From Phenylobacterium sp. (GTDB lineage Bacteria; Pseudomonadota; Alphaproteobacteria; Caulobacterales; Caulobacteraceae): a DNA stretch of 64,000 bases. Of the stretch, positions 9,518 to 18,709 are shown in pieces. The stretch is taken from contig NZ_JAUYOJ010000002.1 of the NCBI RefSeq assembly GCF_030697925.1, positions 3,369-67,368 of the forward strand. Direction: 5' to 3'. The position numbers and the translations under genes are program-made. A model generated the notes under the pieces. That model was not told the origin of the DNA, searched no databases, and was given only the letters and a program-made list of their open reading frames with translations. Every line of letters starts with the position of its first letter. Positions within the stretch are counted from its first letter, which is position 1.

Positions 9518-10243
9518 ATGGCTGAGCCGATCGACGTCTATTTCTGGCCGACGCCCAACGGCTACAAGATCACCATCGCCCTGGAGGAGATGGGGCTCCC
9601 GTACAAGCTCATCCCAATCAACATCGGGGCGGGCGCGCAGTTCAAGCCCGAGTTCCTGGCCATCAGCCCCAACAACCGCATGCCGGCCATCGTCGATCCC
9701 GAGGGGCCGGACGGGAAGCCGATCTCGGTCTTCGAGTCGGGCGCGATCCTGCAGTATCTCGGCCGCAAGACCGGCAGGTTCTACGGCCGCGACGAGCGCA
9801 ACCGCGCCGAGGTCGAGGAATGGCTGATGTGGCAGATGGCGGGCCTCGGGCCGATGGCCGGCCAGACCCACCACTTCCGCGGCTATGCGCCGTCGATGAT
9901 CGCCGACCAGCGGCAGGTGGCCTATGGCGCGATCCGCTACACCAACGAGACCGAGCGGCTCTACGGCGTGCTGAACAAGCGCCTGGAAGGTCGTGACTTC
10001 GTGGCCGGGGACTATTCCATCGCCGACATGGCCGCCTTTCCCTGGGTCGCGCCCTGGAAGATGCAGGGGATCGTCCTGGACCAGTTCCCGAACGTGAAGG
10101 CCTGGTACGATCGCATCGCCGCGCGTGAGGCTGTCCAGCGCAGCGCCGAGGCCGGCAAGGCCATCACCAGCCGCAACCTGGGCGCCCCGACCAAGGAGGC
10201 GGAGGAGGCGCGCAAGGTGCTGTTCGGACAGCGGGCGCGCTAG
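9518..10243 (+). CDS. glutathione S-transferase, YfcG/YghU (Nu-class) type
   Basis: WPTPNG, ISPNNRMPAI, FESGAIL, QMAGLGPM; start ATG at 9518 with RBS GGGAGA. Confidence 0.92.
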   Translation: MAEPIDVYFWPTPNGYKITIALEEMGLPYKLIPINIGAGAQFKPEFLAISPNNRMPAIVDPEGPDGKPISVFESGAILQYLGRKTGRFYGRDERNRAEVEEWLMWQMAGLGPMAGQTHHFRGYAPSMIADQRQVAYGAIRYTNETERLYGVLNKRLEGRDFVAGDYSIADMAAFPWVAPWKMQGIVLDQFPNVKAWYDRIAAREAVQRSAEAGKAITSRNLGAPTKEAEEARKVLFGQRAR

Positions 10244-10245
10244 CC

Positions 10246-10809
10246 ATGCTGACCAGCCGGCTGGCCACGGAGGCGGACCTCCCGGCCCTGCGGGCCCTGA
10301 TGGCCCTGGCGATCGACGACCTGCAGCGGAGCTTCCTCAGTCCCGCCGAGATCGTGGCCAGCCGGGCGGTCATGGGCCTGGACACCCAGCTGGTCGCCGA
10401 CCGCACCTATTTCATCGTCGAGGAGGACGGCCTCCTGGCCGGTTGCGGCGGCTGGAGCCGCCGCGCCACGCTCTACGGCGGCGACCATAGCGAAGCCCTG
10501 CGCGACGCGGCCCTGTTGGATCCCGCCCAAGACGCCGCCCGGGTGCGGGCCATGTACACCCATCCCGCCTTCGCCCGGCGCGGGGTGGGGCGGATGATCC
10601 TGGGCCTTTGCGAGACCGCCGCCCTGGCGGAGGGCTATGGCCGGGCCGAACTCATGGCCACCCTGGCGGGGGAGCCGCTCTACAAGGCCTGCGGTTTCAA
10701 GGAGATCGAGCGCACCGCCTCGACGCCGGTCGACGGCGTCGTCGTCCCCCTGGTGCGCATGGGCAAGTCGTTGGGACAGTTGGCGACCGCCTCGGGCCCA
10801 GTCGGCTAG
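10246..10809 (+). CDS. GNAT family N-acetyltransferase
   Basis: Acetyl-CoA motif MYTHPAFARRGVG, ATLAGEPLY. Confidence 0.88.
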   Translation: MLTSRLATEADLPALRALMALAIDDLQRSFLSPAEIVASRAVMGLDTQLVADRTYFIVEEDGLLAGCGGWSRRATLYGGDHSEALRDAALLDPAQDAARVRAMYTHPAFARRGVGRMILGLCETAALAEGYGRAELMATLAGEPLYKACGFKEIERTASTPVDGVVVPLVRMGKSLGQLATASGPVG

Positions 10810-10899
10810 TCGACTTAAGGTTCCGGATATGGATCTTTCCCGTCAGTAAAAGCTGCGAATAGTACTAAAGACTGCGGCAGAATCTCGCAGCGCCTGTAA

Positions 10900-10914
10900 T
10901 TAACCCTATGTTTA
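10900..10914 (+). promoter_or_regulatory. CtrA-like box TTAA-N7-TTTA
   Basis: ttaa ccctatg ttta, in an AT-rich stretch upstream of the Sel1-like gene. Confidence 0.6.
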
Positions 10915-11000
10915 GCGCGCATAGACTTTCCTACCCCTCAGGATGATCGGATGGGGTTCCAGAATGGATCCGCGCCGGTCGGGGAGAGGGAAACGAACTC

Positions 11001-11270
11001 ATGCTTGCGAGCGTGGAATGCACCGAAGGCCTGCCGTTGCCGAGCGCGGATGCCTCGGGCGACGAACTGTTCAAGATGGGGCTGCTCTATTCGACCGGCC
11101 AAGGCGGCGCGCCGCTGGACTACGTGTCGGCCCACATGCTGTTCAACCTGGCGGCCATGCGCGGCTCGATCGAAGCCAAGGTCTACCGCAAGGAACTGAG
11201 CCAGGAGATGGCCTCCGACGAGGTCGCCGAGGCCCAACGCCAGGCGCGCGAGTGGCTGGCCCACGGCTGA
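11001..11270 (+). CDS. small Sel1-like repeat protein
   Basis: LFKMGLLYSTGQGGAPLDYVSAHMLFNLAAMRG and EVAEAQRQAREW. Confidence 0.85.
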   Translation: MLASVECTEGLPLPSADASGDELFKMGLLYSTGQGGAPLDYVSAHMLFNLAAMRGSIEAKVYRKELSQEMASDEVAEAQRQAREWLAHG

Positions 11271-11314
11271 TCGCCGTCCGCGCTAACCGCGCTTCAGCCC
11301 GCCGGCGCCGCGCG

Positions 11315-12076
11315 TCAGTTGATGACGCGATCACCTAGGGCGTAGTTGAAGCCGAATTGCACCGGCGACAGGTCCCGGAAGTACTGCTGAATGAGCAGCG
11401 AGGCCTCGGCCACGCCGCTGCGCGGCACATAGACGATGTCGAACCGGCGCAGGGGCACCACGTCCGAGTCGCCGCTCTTCAGGCCCCGATACAGATTGGC
11501 TCGCCGCATCATGGCCCGGCCGTCCGGCCCGCGGCGGATGATGATCACCCGGCTGCGGTCGGCGCTTGTCTTGAAATCCCCGGCCTGGATCACCGCGCGC
11601 AGGGCGTCGGAATCGCCGGTCAGGTCGAGCATGCCTGGCGTGCCCACCTCTCCGCCCACGAACACCTTGAGCGGCGCGGCCTTGGCCACCACATCGACCT
11701 CGGGTCGCAGCAGTTGGCGCGAATAGGCCTCGGTGAGCGTGGCCTGCAGTTCGGGAATCGTGCGGTCCGCCGCCATCACCGTCGAGATCAGGGGCAGGGC
11801 GATCCGCCCGTCCGGCTGCACCGTCACCGTCTTGTTCAATTCGGGCGCGGAAGGGAGGGAGACCTCGATCTCGTCGCCGGGATAGAATCGGTAGTCCGGC
11901 TCGTAGTCGCTCCAGTTGGCGTAGGGAATGTCGCTGAAGGCTTGGCCGCGTGGCGGCGCGGGCTCGTCGGTCCGTCCGAGCAGGTCCATCCTCGGTATGC
12001 GCGGCATGCCGCAGCCGCCGAGCGCAAGGCTGGAGGCGACGATCAGGGCGAGCACGAGAGGCGGTCTGGAGCGCAT
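11315..12076 (-). CDS. hfsD: polysaccharide export outer-membrane lipoprotein (Wza/HfsD-like)
   Basis: Lipobox LGG-C, Poly_export motif VTVQPDGRIALPLI, SLBB region, position divergent from hfsA. Confidence 0.85.
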   Translation of the reverse strand: MRSRPPLVLALIVASSLALGGCGMPRIPRMDLLGRTDEPAPPRGQAFSDIPYANWSDYEPDYRFYPGDEIEVSLPSAPELNKTVTVQPDGRIALPLISTVMAADRTIPELQATLTEAYSRQLLRPEVDVVAKAAPLKVFVGGEVGTPGMLDLTGDSDALRAVIQAGDFKTSADRSRVIIIRRGPDGRAMMRRANLYRGLKSGDSDVVPLRRFDIVYVPRSGVAEASLLIQQYFRDLSPVQFGFNYALGDRVIN

Positions 12077-12099
12077 GGCCTAAAGGTTAAGGAGAATGG

Positions 12100-12114
12100 G
12101 TAACGGAGTGTTAA
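12100..12114 (-). promoter_or_regulatory. CtrA-like box (TTAA-N7-TTAC on minus strand) between hfsD and hfsA
   Basis: + strand gtaa cggagtg ttaa; a further TTAA at 12087. Confidence 0.65.
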
Positions 12115-12159
12115 TCGCGCGCCGCCAGGGTCCTCAACAGTTGGTGGGAACAGGATTCT

Positions 12160-13662
12160 ATGGCCGCGCCGGGCGCATGGACAGCTAGGACGCACGACGT
12201 GCCGCCGCGGGCCGACTGGGCCGCGCGACCGCGCTATGCCGTGTCGGACTTCGCGACCCTCCTGTGGCGCGAGCGCTACCTGATGGCGGCGATCTTCCTG
12301 ATCATCTTCATCGTGGGGGTTGGAGCCGCGCTCACCCTGAAGACCACTTATCCGGCTCAGTCCAGCGTCCTGGTTCGCCTGGGACAGGAATATGTCTACG
12401 AGCCCCGGGCGGGCGACGCCGGCCGCGGCGCCGTGCTCGACTCCGACCAGGTGATCCAGTCCGAAACCGCCATCCTCGGCGCCAGCCAGCTGAAGCTGCG
12501 GGTTGTTGAGAAGCTGGGCCTGTCGCGCACCTATCCCAAGCTGGCGGCCAAGTACGCCGCCGCCGGGCCCGAGGAGAAGCGCAAGATCATGAGCTCGGCG
12601 GTGCGCAGCATCGAATCCAGCCTGAAGATCGAGACCGCGCCCCAGACCCCGATCATCCGGGTGAGCTTCACCCATGAGGATCCGGAGGCCGCGGCGCTCA
12701 TCCTCAACACCCTGCTCGAGGAATACCTGATCTACCGGCGCGCGGTGCTGAGCGATCCCAACTCGCCGGCCCTGGAACAGCAGCGCCGAAATTTCGAGAC
12801 CCGGCTGGCCCAGGCCGACGCGGCCTACGAGGACTTCCTCAACAACAACCGGATCGGCGACTTCGTGGCCGAGAAGGCCTCGCTGTCCCAGCTCCAGGCC
12901 CAGATCGAGCAGCAGAAGTACCAGACCGACGCCCAGCTGCAGGATCGCATCGGCCGGCTGGCGACCCTGTCGAGCCAGTTCGGCCAGATCGCCCCGGAAG
13001 TCGGCCTCTATCGCGATGTCTCCAGCGCGCCAGGCGAGAAGCTGGTGGCTCTGAAGATCCAGCGCGAGGACCTGCTGTCACGCTATCGCGCTGACGCCCG
13101 GCCGGTGCAGGAACTGGACGCCCAGATCGCCCAGCTGGAGGCTGGCATCGCCGCCGGCCGGACCCTGGCCGAGGGCGCGCGCCGTTTCGGGGTCAATCCC
13201 GTCTACCAGACGGTGCAGACCGAGAAGATCCAACTCACCGCCGAGGTCAACGCCTTGCGCCAGTCCCAAGCCGAGCTGGTCTCGCAGATCGAGCAGGTCA
13301 CCCAGCGGCGGCTGAAGTTCGCCGAGCTGGAGCCCAAGTTCCAGGAGCTGAGCCTGGATCGCGACGTGCTGCAGGCGAATGTCCGCGACTTCTCGGTGAA
13401 GGAAGAGCAGAGCCGCGCGGCTCAGGAGATCGCCTCGCGGACCAACGACAACATCCGCATCGTCGCCCGCGCCACCCCGCCGACCAAGGGCAAGAGCCTG
13501 CGCAAGCCCGCGGTGATCCTGGCCTTCCTGTTCGCGGGATTCACGGCGCTGAGCACCGGCCTGTTGCGGATGTTCATGCGTCCGGGCCTGCCGACCGCCC
13601 AGTCGGCCTCGCGCACCCTGGACCTGCCGGTCCTGGCCGCCGCTCCGCTCAAGGCCCGATAG
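12160..13662 (+). CDS. hfsA: polysaccharide co-polymerase (HfsA/Wzc N-terminal-like)
   Basis: Two TM segments flanking a long coiled-coil periplasmic region; NIRIVARATPP; synteny. Confidence 0.85.
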   Translation: MAAPGAWTARTHDVPPRADWAARPRYAVSDFATLLWRERYLMAAIFLIIFIVGVGAALTLKTTYPAQSSVLVRLGQEYVYEPRAGDAGRGAVLDSDQVIQSETAILGASQLKLRVVEKLGLSRTYPKLAAKYAAAGPEEKRKIMSSAVRSIESSLKIETAPQTPIIRVSFTHEDPEAAALILNTLLEEYLIYRRAVLSDPNSPALEQQRRNFETRLAQADAAYEDFLNNNRIGDFVAEKASLSQLQAQIEQQKYQTDAQLQDRIGRLATLSSQFGQIAPEVGLYRDVSSAPGEKLVALKIQREDLLSRYRADARPVQELDAQIAQLEAGIAAGRTLAEGARRFGVNPVYQTVQTEKIQLTAEVNALRQSQAELVSQIEQVTQRRLKFAELEPKFQELSLDRDVLQANVRDFSVKEEQSRAAQEIASRTNDNIRIVARATPPTKGKSLRKPAVILAFLFAGFTALSTGLLRMFMRPGLPTAQSASRTLDLPVLAAAPLKAR

Positions 13663-13729
13663 AGCCCGTGGTATGTTCGGGCTGAGTCTGGGTTAGCTTC
13701 GGCAAACTGCGCGTGCGGCGATTCGAGAT

Positions 13730-14431
13730 ATGTTGGACCTAAGCGCCGAGATGGCTGAACTCTGGGCGTCGCTTGGCGCGCCGGCGGCCGGCCGCGCGCG
13801 GGTGATCCAGATCACCGCGGCGCGGCGCGGTGAGGGCGCCTCCACGGTCGCTCGGGAGCTGGCCCTGCACGCCGCCAAGCGGGCGGGGCGGTCGGTCTGG
13901 CTGGTGGACCTCGACCTGCTGGCGTCGCCGCAGCACGCGGCCCTGGTCCAGGGCGCGGAGCGCTATGGCAAGATGGGCGAGCCAGCCGCGGCCAGCCCCG
14001 ACGGCTCGATCTTCTTCACCGTCCAGCCGCCCCTGCGCCAGGCCGACGGCCAGCCCTGGCCCAATGCGCGCTATCTGGTCGCCCATCGAGTGGGCGCGGC
14101 GCGGTTCTGGGTGACCCGGTTCCGCCGCGATGCGCTGAAGGGCGGCCAGACGGTCCACGTCCTGCCCACGGGCGACTACTGGAACGCCCTGCGCAAGTTC
14201 GCCGATGTGATCATCGTCGACGCCCCGTCGCCCGAGCGCTCCCAGGCGGTGCTGACCGTGGCGCCGTTCATGGATCAGACCGTGCTGGTGGTGGCCGCCG
14301 ACGAAGCGGACGTGCGCGCCCCGGCCAAGCTGCGCGACGCGATCAACGGGGCGGGCGGCAACGTCGCCGGCCTGTTCTTCAACCGTGGCACCGTCGAGCG
14401 CCCGGCCTTCCTGAAGGCCCTGCTTCCTTAG
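13730..14431 (+). CDS. hfsB: HfsB-like BY-kinase/P-loop partner with degenerate Walker A
   Basis: GEGAST, LVDLD, VIIVDAP; follows hfsA. Confidence 0.8.
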   Translation: MLDLSAEMAELWASLGAPAAGRARVIQITAARRGEGASTVARELALHAAKRAGRSVWLVDLDLLASPQHAALVQGAERYGKMGEPAAASPDGSIFFTVQPPLRQADGQPWPNARYLVAHRVGAARFWVTRFRRDALKGGQTVHVLPTGDYWNALRKFADVIIVDAPSPERSQAVLTVAPFMDQTVLVVAADEADVRAPAKLRDAINGAGGNVAGLFFNRGTVERPAFLKALLP

Positions 14432-15357
14432 ACGGCCTCGACGTAGAGCGCGGCGCGATAGAGGCGCATGGCAAACGCGCGGGTCTTGATCGGCGCGCCC
14501 TCGATCAGGGCATAGAGTTTCAGCGCCGGGCGCCACAGGCCGCGCAGGGGTGCGTATTTCAGCACCTTGGCCACCTTGTAGCTGGGATAGGTGGCGACCA
14601 CGGCCGGGTGGGCGGCGATGACGCGCGCGAAGTTGGCCGCCGACTGCTCGTACTTGGCGGCCATGGCCGGGGCGGTGTCCAGGCCCAGGTGGGTGGCGGT
14701 GTTGTCCACGTGCAGGATCGGCCAGCGGCGGGCCACCCGCATGCCCCATTCCACGTCCTCCCAGCCCCAGCCGGCGAAACCTTCGTCGAAGGCCTCGCTC
14801 TCGAAGACGTCGCGGCGAACCAGCAGGTTGGAGGTGAAGACATGCTTGGCGGGATTGCGCGCCCGGCAGTCGGCGGTCAGGCAGTCGGAATGCGAGGCCA
14901 TGGCCCGGTGCAGGGCGTGGGCCGGCTTGAGCGGGGTCTGGTGCAGGGAGAAGCCGCCGAACGCCACCGGCGGGTTCTGGCGGGCGACCACGTCCAGCCA
15001 GTCACGCAGGAAATGCCGGCCGTCGGGCAGCATGTCGCTATCCAGGAACAGGAAGCGGCCGGCTCGGGCATGGGCGACCAGGCGGTTGCGGCCCTTGGCG
15101 CGGCCGACATTGCGCGCCAGACGTACGAAGCGGGCGGGGAAGGGCAGGGCCATGACCGCTTCGGCGACCCGCGCCGCCAGGGTCTCGTCGCCGGTGCCGT
15201 CGTCCAGAACCACCAACTCCACATCGCAGGCCTCGCGGCCTAGCGCCGCCAGCAGCGGCGTGGGGTCGTCGCCCTTGAATGGGATCAAGATCGACAGGGC
15301 GACCGATCCGGCGGACCAGGTGGCGTTGTCGTGCAGGGTCTCGTCCGGGGTGGTCAT
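14428..15357 (-). CDS. hfsG: GT2 glycosyltransferase (HfsG-like)
   Basis: SILIP, LDDG, FLDSD, GWGWEDVEW; start ATG at 15357 overlaps the flippase stop. Confidence 0.82.
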   Translation of the reverse strand: MTTPDETLHDNATWSAGSVALSILIPFKGDDPTPLLAALGREACDVELVVLDDGTGDETLAARVAEAVMALPFPARFVRLARNVGRAKGRNRLVAHARAGRFLFLDSDMLPDGRHFLRDWLDVVARQNPPVAFGGFSLHQTPLKPAHALHRAMASHSDCLTADCRARNPAKHVFTSNLLVRRDVFESEAFDEGFAGWGWEDVEWGMRVARRWPILHVDNTATHLGLDTAPAMAAKYEQSAANFARVIAAHPAVVATYPSYKVAKVLKYAPLRGLWRPALKLYALIEGAPIKTRAFAMRLYRAALYVEAV

Positions 15358-16799
15358 GCCGCGCTCCCGGCCCGTCGCGCCTGAAGGATCGCCAGAGCGC
15401 GGCTGCGCAGCCGGCCGGCATCGAGCAGGAAGACGATCAGGCCATAGGTCAGGCCGCCGGCGGCGGCCTTCAGGGCCAACTCGGGCAGGCCGCCGAGGGC
15501 TGGAAGGCTGCTGACGACCAGGGCCATGACGGCCGCGGCGCCGAGCGCCTCGCCCAGGACGCGCCAGGGGACGGGCAGGGGCATGACCTTGCGGGCCATG
15601 ACGATGGCGACCGCCACGCCGAGCGCGTAGCTGATCACGGTCGACCACAGCGCGCCTTCGATCCCGAACCGGGGGATGAGCGCCAGGTTGAGGCCGAGAT
15701 TGGCCACCGCCGGCGCCGCCATCGCCCACAGGGCCAGGCCGCTGCGCCGTCCCAGGACGAAGGCTTCCGAGAAATAGTAGGTGTTGAGGCCCGCCAGCAG
15801 GCCGCCCAGGGCGATCAGCGGCGTCACCTGGGCCGCGCCCGCCGCCATGGCCGGACCGATCATCAGCTCGGCCAAGGGACGGGCCACCAGGGCCAGGCCC
15901 ACGGCGGCCGGTAGGGTGAGTAGCAGCATCACCGAAAACTGTTCGCGGGCGGCGCTCGCCAGCGCCTCGCGTCCGCCGCGCTCCAGGGCCATGACCATGG
16001 CCGGGGCGCCCGCCGCGCCCAACCAGATGAAGGCCACGTCCAGGGTGCGGTTCGAGAGGCTGTAGCCCGCGTGGTAGACCGCGACGGCGGCGTTATCGAG
16101 GAAGGCCGCCAGCAGGAAGCGGTCGGTGGTCGATAGCACCACGGTGAGGATCAGCGACGCCGCCAGGGGCACGCCATAGGCCGCATGCTCGCGCAGCCGG
16201 GCGGGCTCGTAGCGTCCGCCCCTGGCCTTGGCCAGCTCGGGCCGGGCGCACACGGCGACGGCGACGAGAGCGGCGAGACCGAAGCCCATCAGGGGGGCCG
16301 CGCCACCGAAACCGGCATAGGCGAGCGCCGCGCCGAATCCGAAGCCGCCGAGGGTCTGGATCAGTTCGAGGCTGGCCGAGCCGCCCACCTCGCCGGCCGC
16401 CCGGCGGCGCTCCTGGCCGAGCTTGGCGAAGGTGCGCGGAACCAGGGCGACGAGGCCAGAGATCACAGCGAGCTTGAGGGACGAACTCATCTGCCAGAGC
16501 GCCGCGGCCAGCACGGCCAGCGGAATGACGACCAGCAGGCCCAGCCAGGCGCGATGGACGGTGGCCGCATGGTCCGCCCCGCCGTTGCGAAGGGACTCGC
16601 CGGCCCAGAACCGGCCGACCGCGGCTTCATTCCAGGTGAAGATCGCGGTGTGGGCGAGGGTCATGACCGAGAGGCCCAGCGCGTAGTCGCCGAACTGGCC
16701 CGGCGTCAGGGCGCGGGTGAACAGGATGATGGTGAGTAGGCCCACCAGCCCTTGAACGATATTGACCGGCAGATAGCCGAGCACCCCGCGCCAGAACAT
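15354..16799 (-). CDS. hfsF: Wzx-type oligosaccharide flippase (HfsF-like)
   Basis: Multi-TM MOP-type protein, MFWRGVLGYLPVN start, located between hfsE and hfsG. Confidence 0.85.
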   Translation of the reverse strand: MFWRGVLGYLPVNIVQGLVGLLTIILFTRALTPGQFGDYALGLSVMTLAHTAIFTWNEAAVGRFWAGESLRNGGADHAATVHRAWLGLLVVIPLAVLAAALWQMSSSLKLAVISGLVALVPRTFAKLGQERRRAAGEVGGSASLELIQTLGGFGFGAALAYAGFGGAAPLMGFGLAALVAVAVCARPELAKARGGRYEPARLREHAAYGVPLAASLILTVVLSTTDRFLLAAFLDNAAVAVYHAGYSLSNRTLDVAFIWLGAAGAPAMVMALERGGREALASAAREQFSVMLLLTLPAAVGLALVARPLAELMIGPAMAAGAAQVTPLIALGGLLAGLNTYYFSEAFVLGRRSGLALWAMAAPAVANLGLNLALIPRFGIEGALWSTVISYALGVAVAIVMARKVMPLPVPWRVLGEALGAAAVMALVVSSLPALGGLPELALKAAAGGLTYGLIVFLLDAGRLRSRALAILQARRAGSAA

Positions 16800-16814
16800 C
16801 GCCCTGGCCCCCCG

Positions 16815-18326
16815 CTACCGAACGGTTTCGGAGTCGCCCAGCAGGCAGGGCACGGTCATCAGCATGATGTAGAGGTCGAGCCAGAACGACTGGCGCTCGA
16901 TATATTCCACGTCCAGCGACACCCGCTGCTTGACCAGGTCGGGCGTATCGATGGCGCCGCGCGAACCGTGGATGGCCGCCCAGCCGGTCATGCCGGGCTT
17001 CATGCGGTGGCGATGGGCGTACTCGGCGACCAGGCGGTGGCTCTCCACGTCGCCGGTCTTCATGCCGATGGCGTGGGGCCGGGGCCCGACCAGGGACATC
17101 TCGCCCATCAGCACGTTGAAGATCTGCGGCAGCTCGTCGAGGCTGGTCTTGCGGATGAAGCGGCCCACCCGGGTGACGCGGTCGTCGTCGGCGCTGATCT
17201 GTCGCGCGGCCTTGGCGTCGGCGGCCTCGACCCGCATGGAGCGGAACTTCCAGACCACGATCTCTTCGTTGTTGAAGCCGTGGCGGCGCTGGCGGAACAG
17301 GGCGGGGCCAGGGCTGTCCATGCGCACGGCGGCGGCCACGAACAGCATCAGCGGTCCGAAGAGGAGCAGGGCGATGGTTCCGATAATCAGGTCCTGCACC
17401 CGCTTGGCGAGCGCCTTGCCGTGATCCATCTGGGCGCCGGAGATCCGGGTCAGGGGCAGGTCGGCGATGCGGCCGATGGCGACGGCCTCGTCGGCCGCGC
17501 CATTTCGGTCGAGCAGCAGGGTGATTTCGTTGGGCAGGACCTCGAGACGGGCCAGCAGGGCCCGGACCCGGTCGCGGGCGCCCGACGGGACGGTGACCAC
17601 GATGCGATCCACGTAGGGCATGATCCGGTGGGCCAGCAGAGCCTGGGTGTCGCCCAGCACCGGCACGTCGCGCACCCGCTTGGGCGCGCGCGCGGCGCGG
17701 TCGTCGAAGATGCCCAGAACGTTGGCTTCACGGTTCTTCAGCACGGCGCCGATCAGGCGCTCGGCCGCGCCGGTGGCGCCGACGATGACGATGTTGGGGG
17801 TCAGCCGGCCGTTGGCCCGCCAGCGGCGCACGTTCAGCCACCAGATGGCGTGGGCCAGCGCCATGGCCAGGACGCCCAACGGCGCCCACAGACCAAGCGT
17901 CTCCGCCAGGGCCGGCAGGGCGGTGAAGGGGGCGGCGATGGCGAAGCAGGCGGCCGCGCCCACCGCGACGGCCACCGTGACCCGCATCAGGTGCAGGGCG
18001 AGATCCTCGGCCCGGCCCAGGCGGTAGGTGTCGAACAGCTGCAGGCTGATGAAGACGGCTAGGCCCGCGGCGCTGTGGAGCATGGAGACGCTAGCCGCGC
18101 CCGACAGCGACTGGGCGACGAGGGCCGCGCCGATGAGCGCCAGGCCGTCGCCAGCCTGGAAGAACCGGGTCAGCATCCGGCCCGAAAGACGGGTGCGGGT
18201 CGGCGACAGTCGCTCAGGCCGCAGCGGACCGCGGCGCTCGCCCCACATGTCGTCGGCCGGGCTGATCGTATCGTCCAAGGGCTCTTCCGGGACGGGCGCG
18301 CGTTCGAGTTTGACGACGGAGGACAT
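16815..18326 (-). CDS. hfsE: priming polyprenyl-phosphate glycosyl-1-P transferase (HfsE/WcaJ-like)
   Basis: KRVQD, KFRSM, RKTSLDELPQ, MSLVGPRP, KPGMTGWA. Confidence 0.9.
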   Translation of the reverse strand: MSSVVKLERAPVPEEPLDDTISPADDMWGERRGPLRPERLSPTRTRLSGRMLTRFFQAGDGLALIGAALVAQSLSGAASVSMLHSAAGLAVFISLQLFDTYRLGRAEDLALHLMRVTVAVAVGAAACFAIAAPFTALPALAETLGLWAPLGVLAMALAHAIWWLNVRRWRANGRLTPNIVIVGATGAAERLIGAVLKNREANVLGIFDDRAARAPKRVRDVPVLGDTQALLAHRIMPYVDRIVVTVPSGARDRVRALLARLEVLPNEITLLLDRNGAADEAVAIGRIADLPLTRISGAQMDHGKALAKRVQDLIIGTIALLLFGPLMLFVAAAVRMDSPGPALFRQRRHGFNNEEIVVWKFRSMRVEAADAKAARQISADDDRVTRVGRFIRKTSLDELPQIFNVLMGEMSLVGPRPHAIGMKTGDVESHRLVAEYAHRHRMKPGMTGWAAIHGSRGAIDTPDLVKQRVSLDVEYIERQSFWLDLYIMLMTVPCLLGDSETVR

Positions 18327-18406
18327 GGAGTACCAGCGGAGGCGGCGGGATCAGGCTTTAGCTTGCCACGCCGCGCCTCAGCGAGCGGTTAACGCTGCGC
18401 GTTCTC

Positions 18407-18541
18407 TCAACCGGCCGTAAGGATCCAGCCCAGCAAGGCGAAGGACGCCGCGAGCAGCATCGCCAGGAACAGGCGCGTCGGTGTCAGCCCCGGATTGGGA
18501 GGCCTTGTCCGCGGCTCATAGGTGACCGGTAAGCGTGACAT
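18407..18541 (-). CDS. candidate 44-aa single-pass membrane peptide, not in the ORF track
   Basis: Manual translation MSRLPVTYEPRTRPPNPGLTPTRLFLAMLLAASFALLGWILTAG*; TATGCT lies 6 nt before the ATG and there is no SD (leaderless-like). Confidence 0.45.
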   Translation of the reverse strand: MSRLPVTYEPRTRPPNPGLTPTRLFLAMLLAASFALLGWILTAG

Positions 18542-18709
18542 GGACCGAGCATAACAAGGTTCGGTAAACGAATTGTCCGCAATTGCTCAATCTTTTCGCG
18601 ATCATAGCGTGTGGATCGACCCGCATCGCGGGTGGGAAAGCGGCCGAAATGCGGCGGGGTGGCACCTCAATTGCGGAGGCCGATCGTCAAAGACCAAGGG
18701 AGTCCCGCA

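Noticed and set aside
18378-18393. CtrA site upstream of hfsE
   Set aside because: Only a half-site (TTAAC); the partner half (TCAG) matches poorly.
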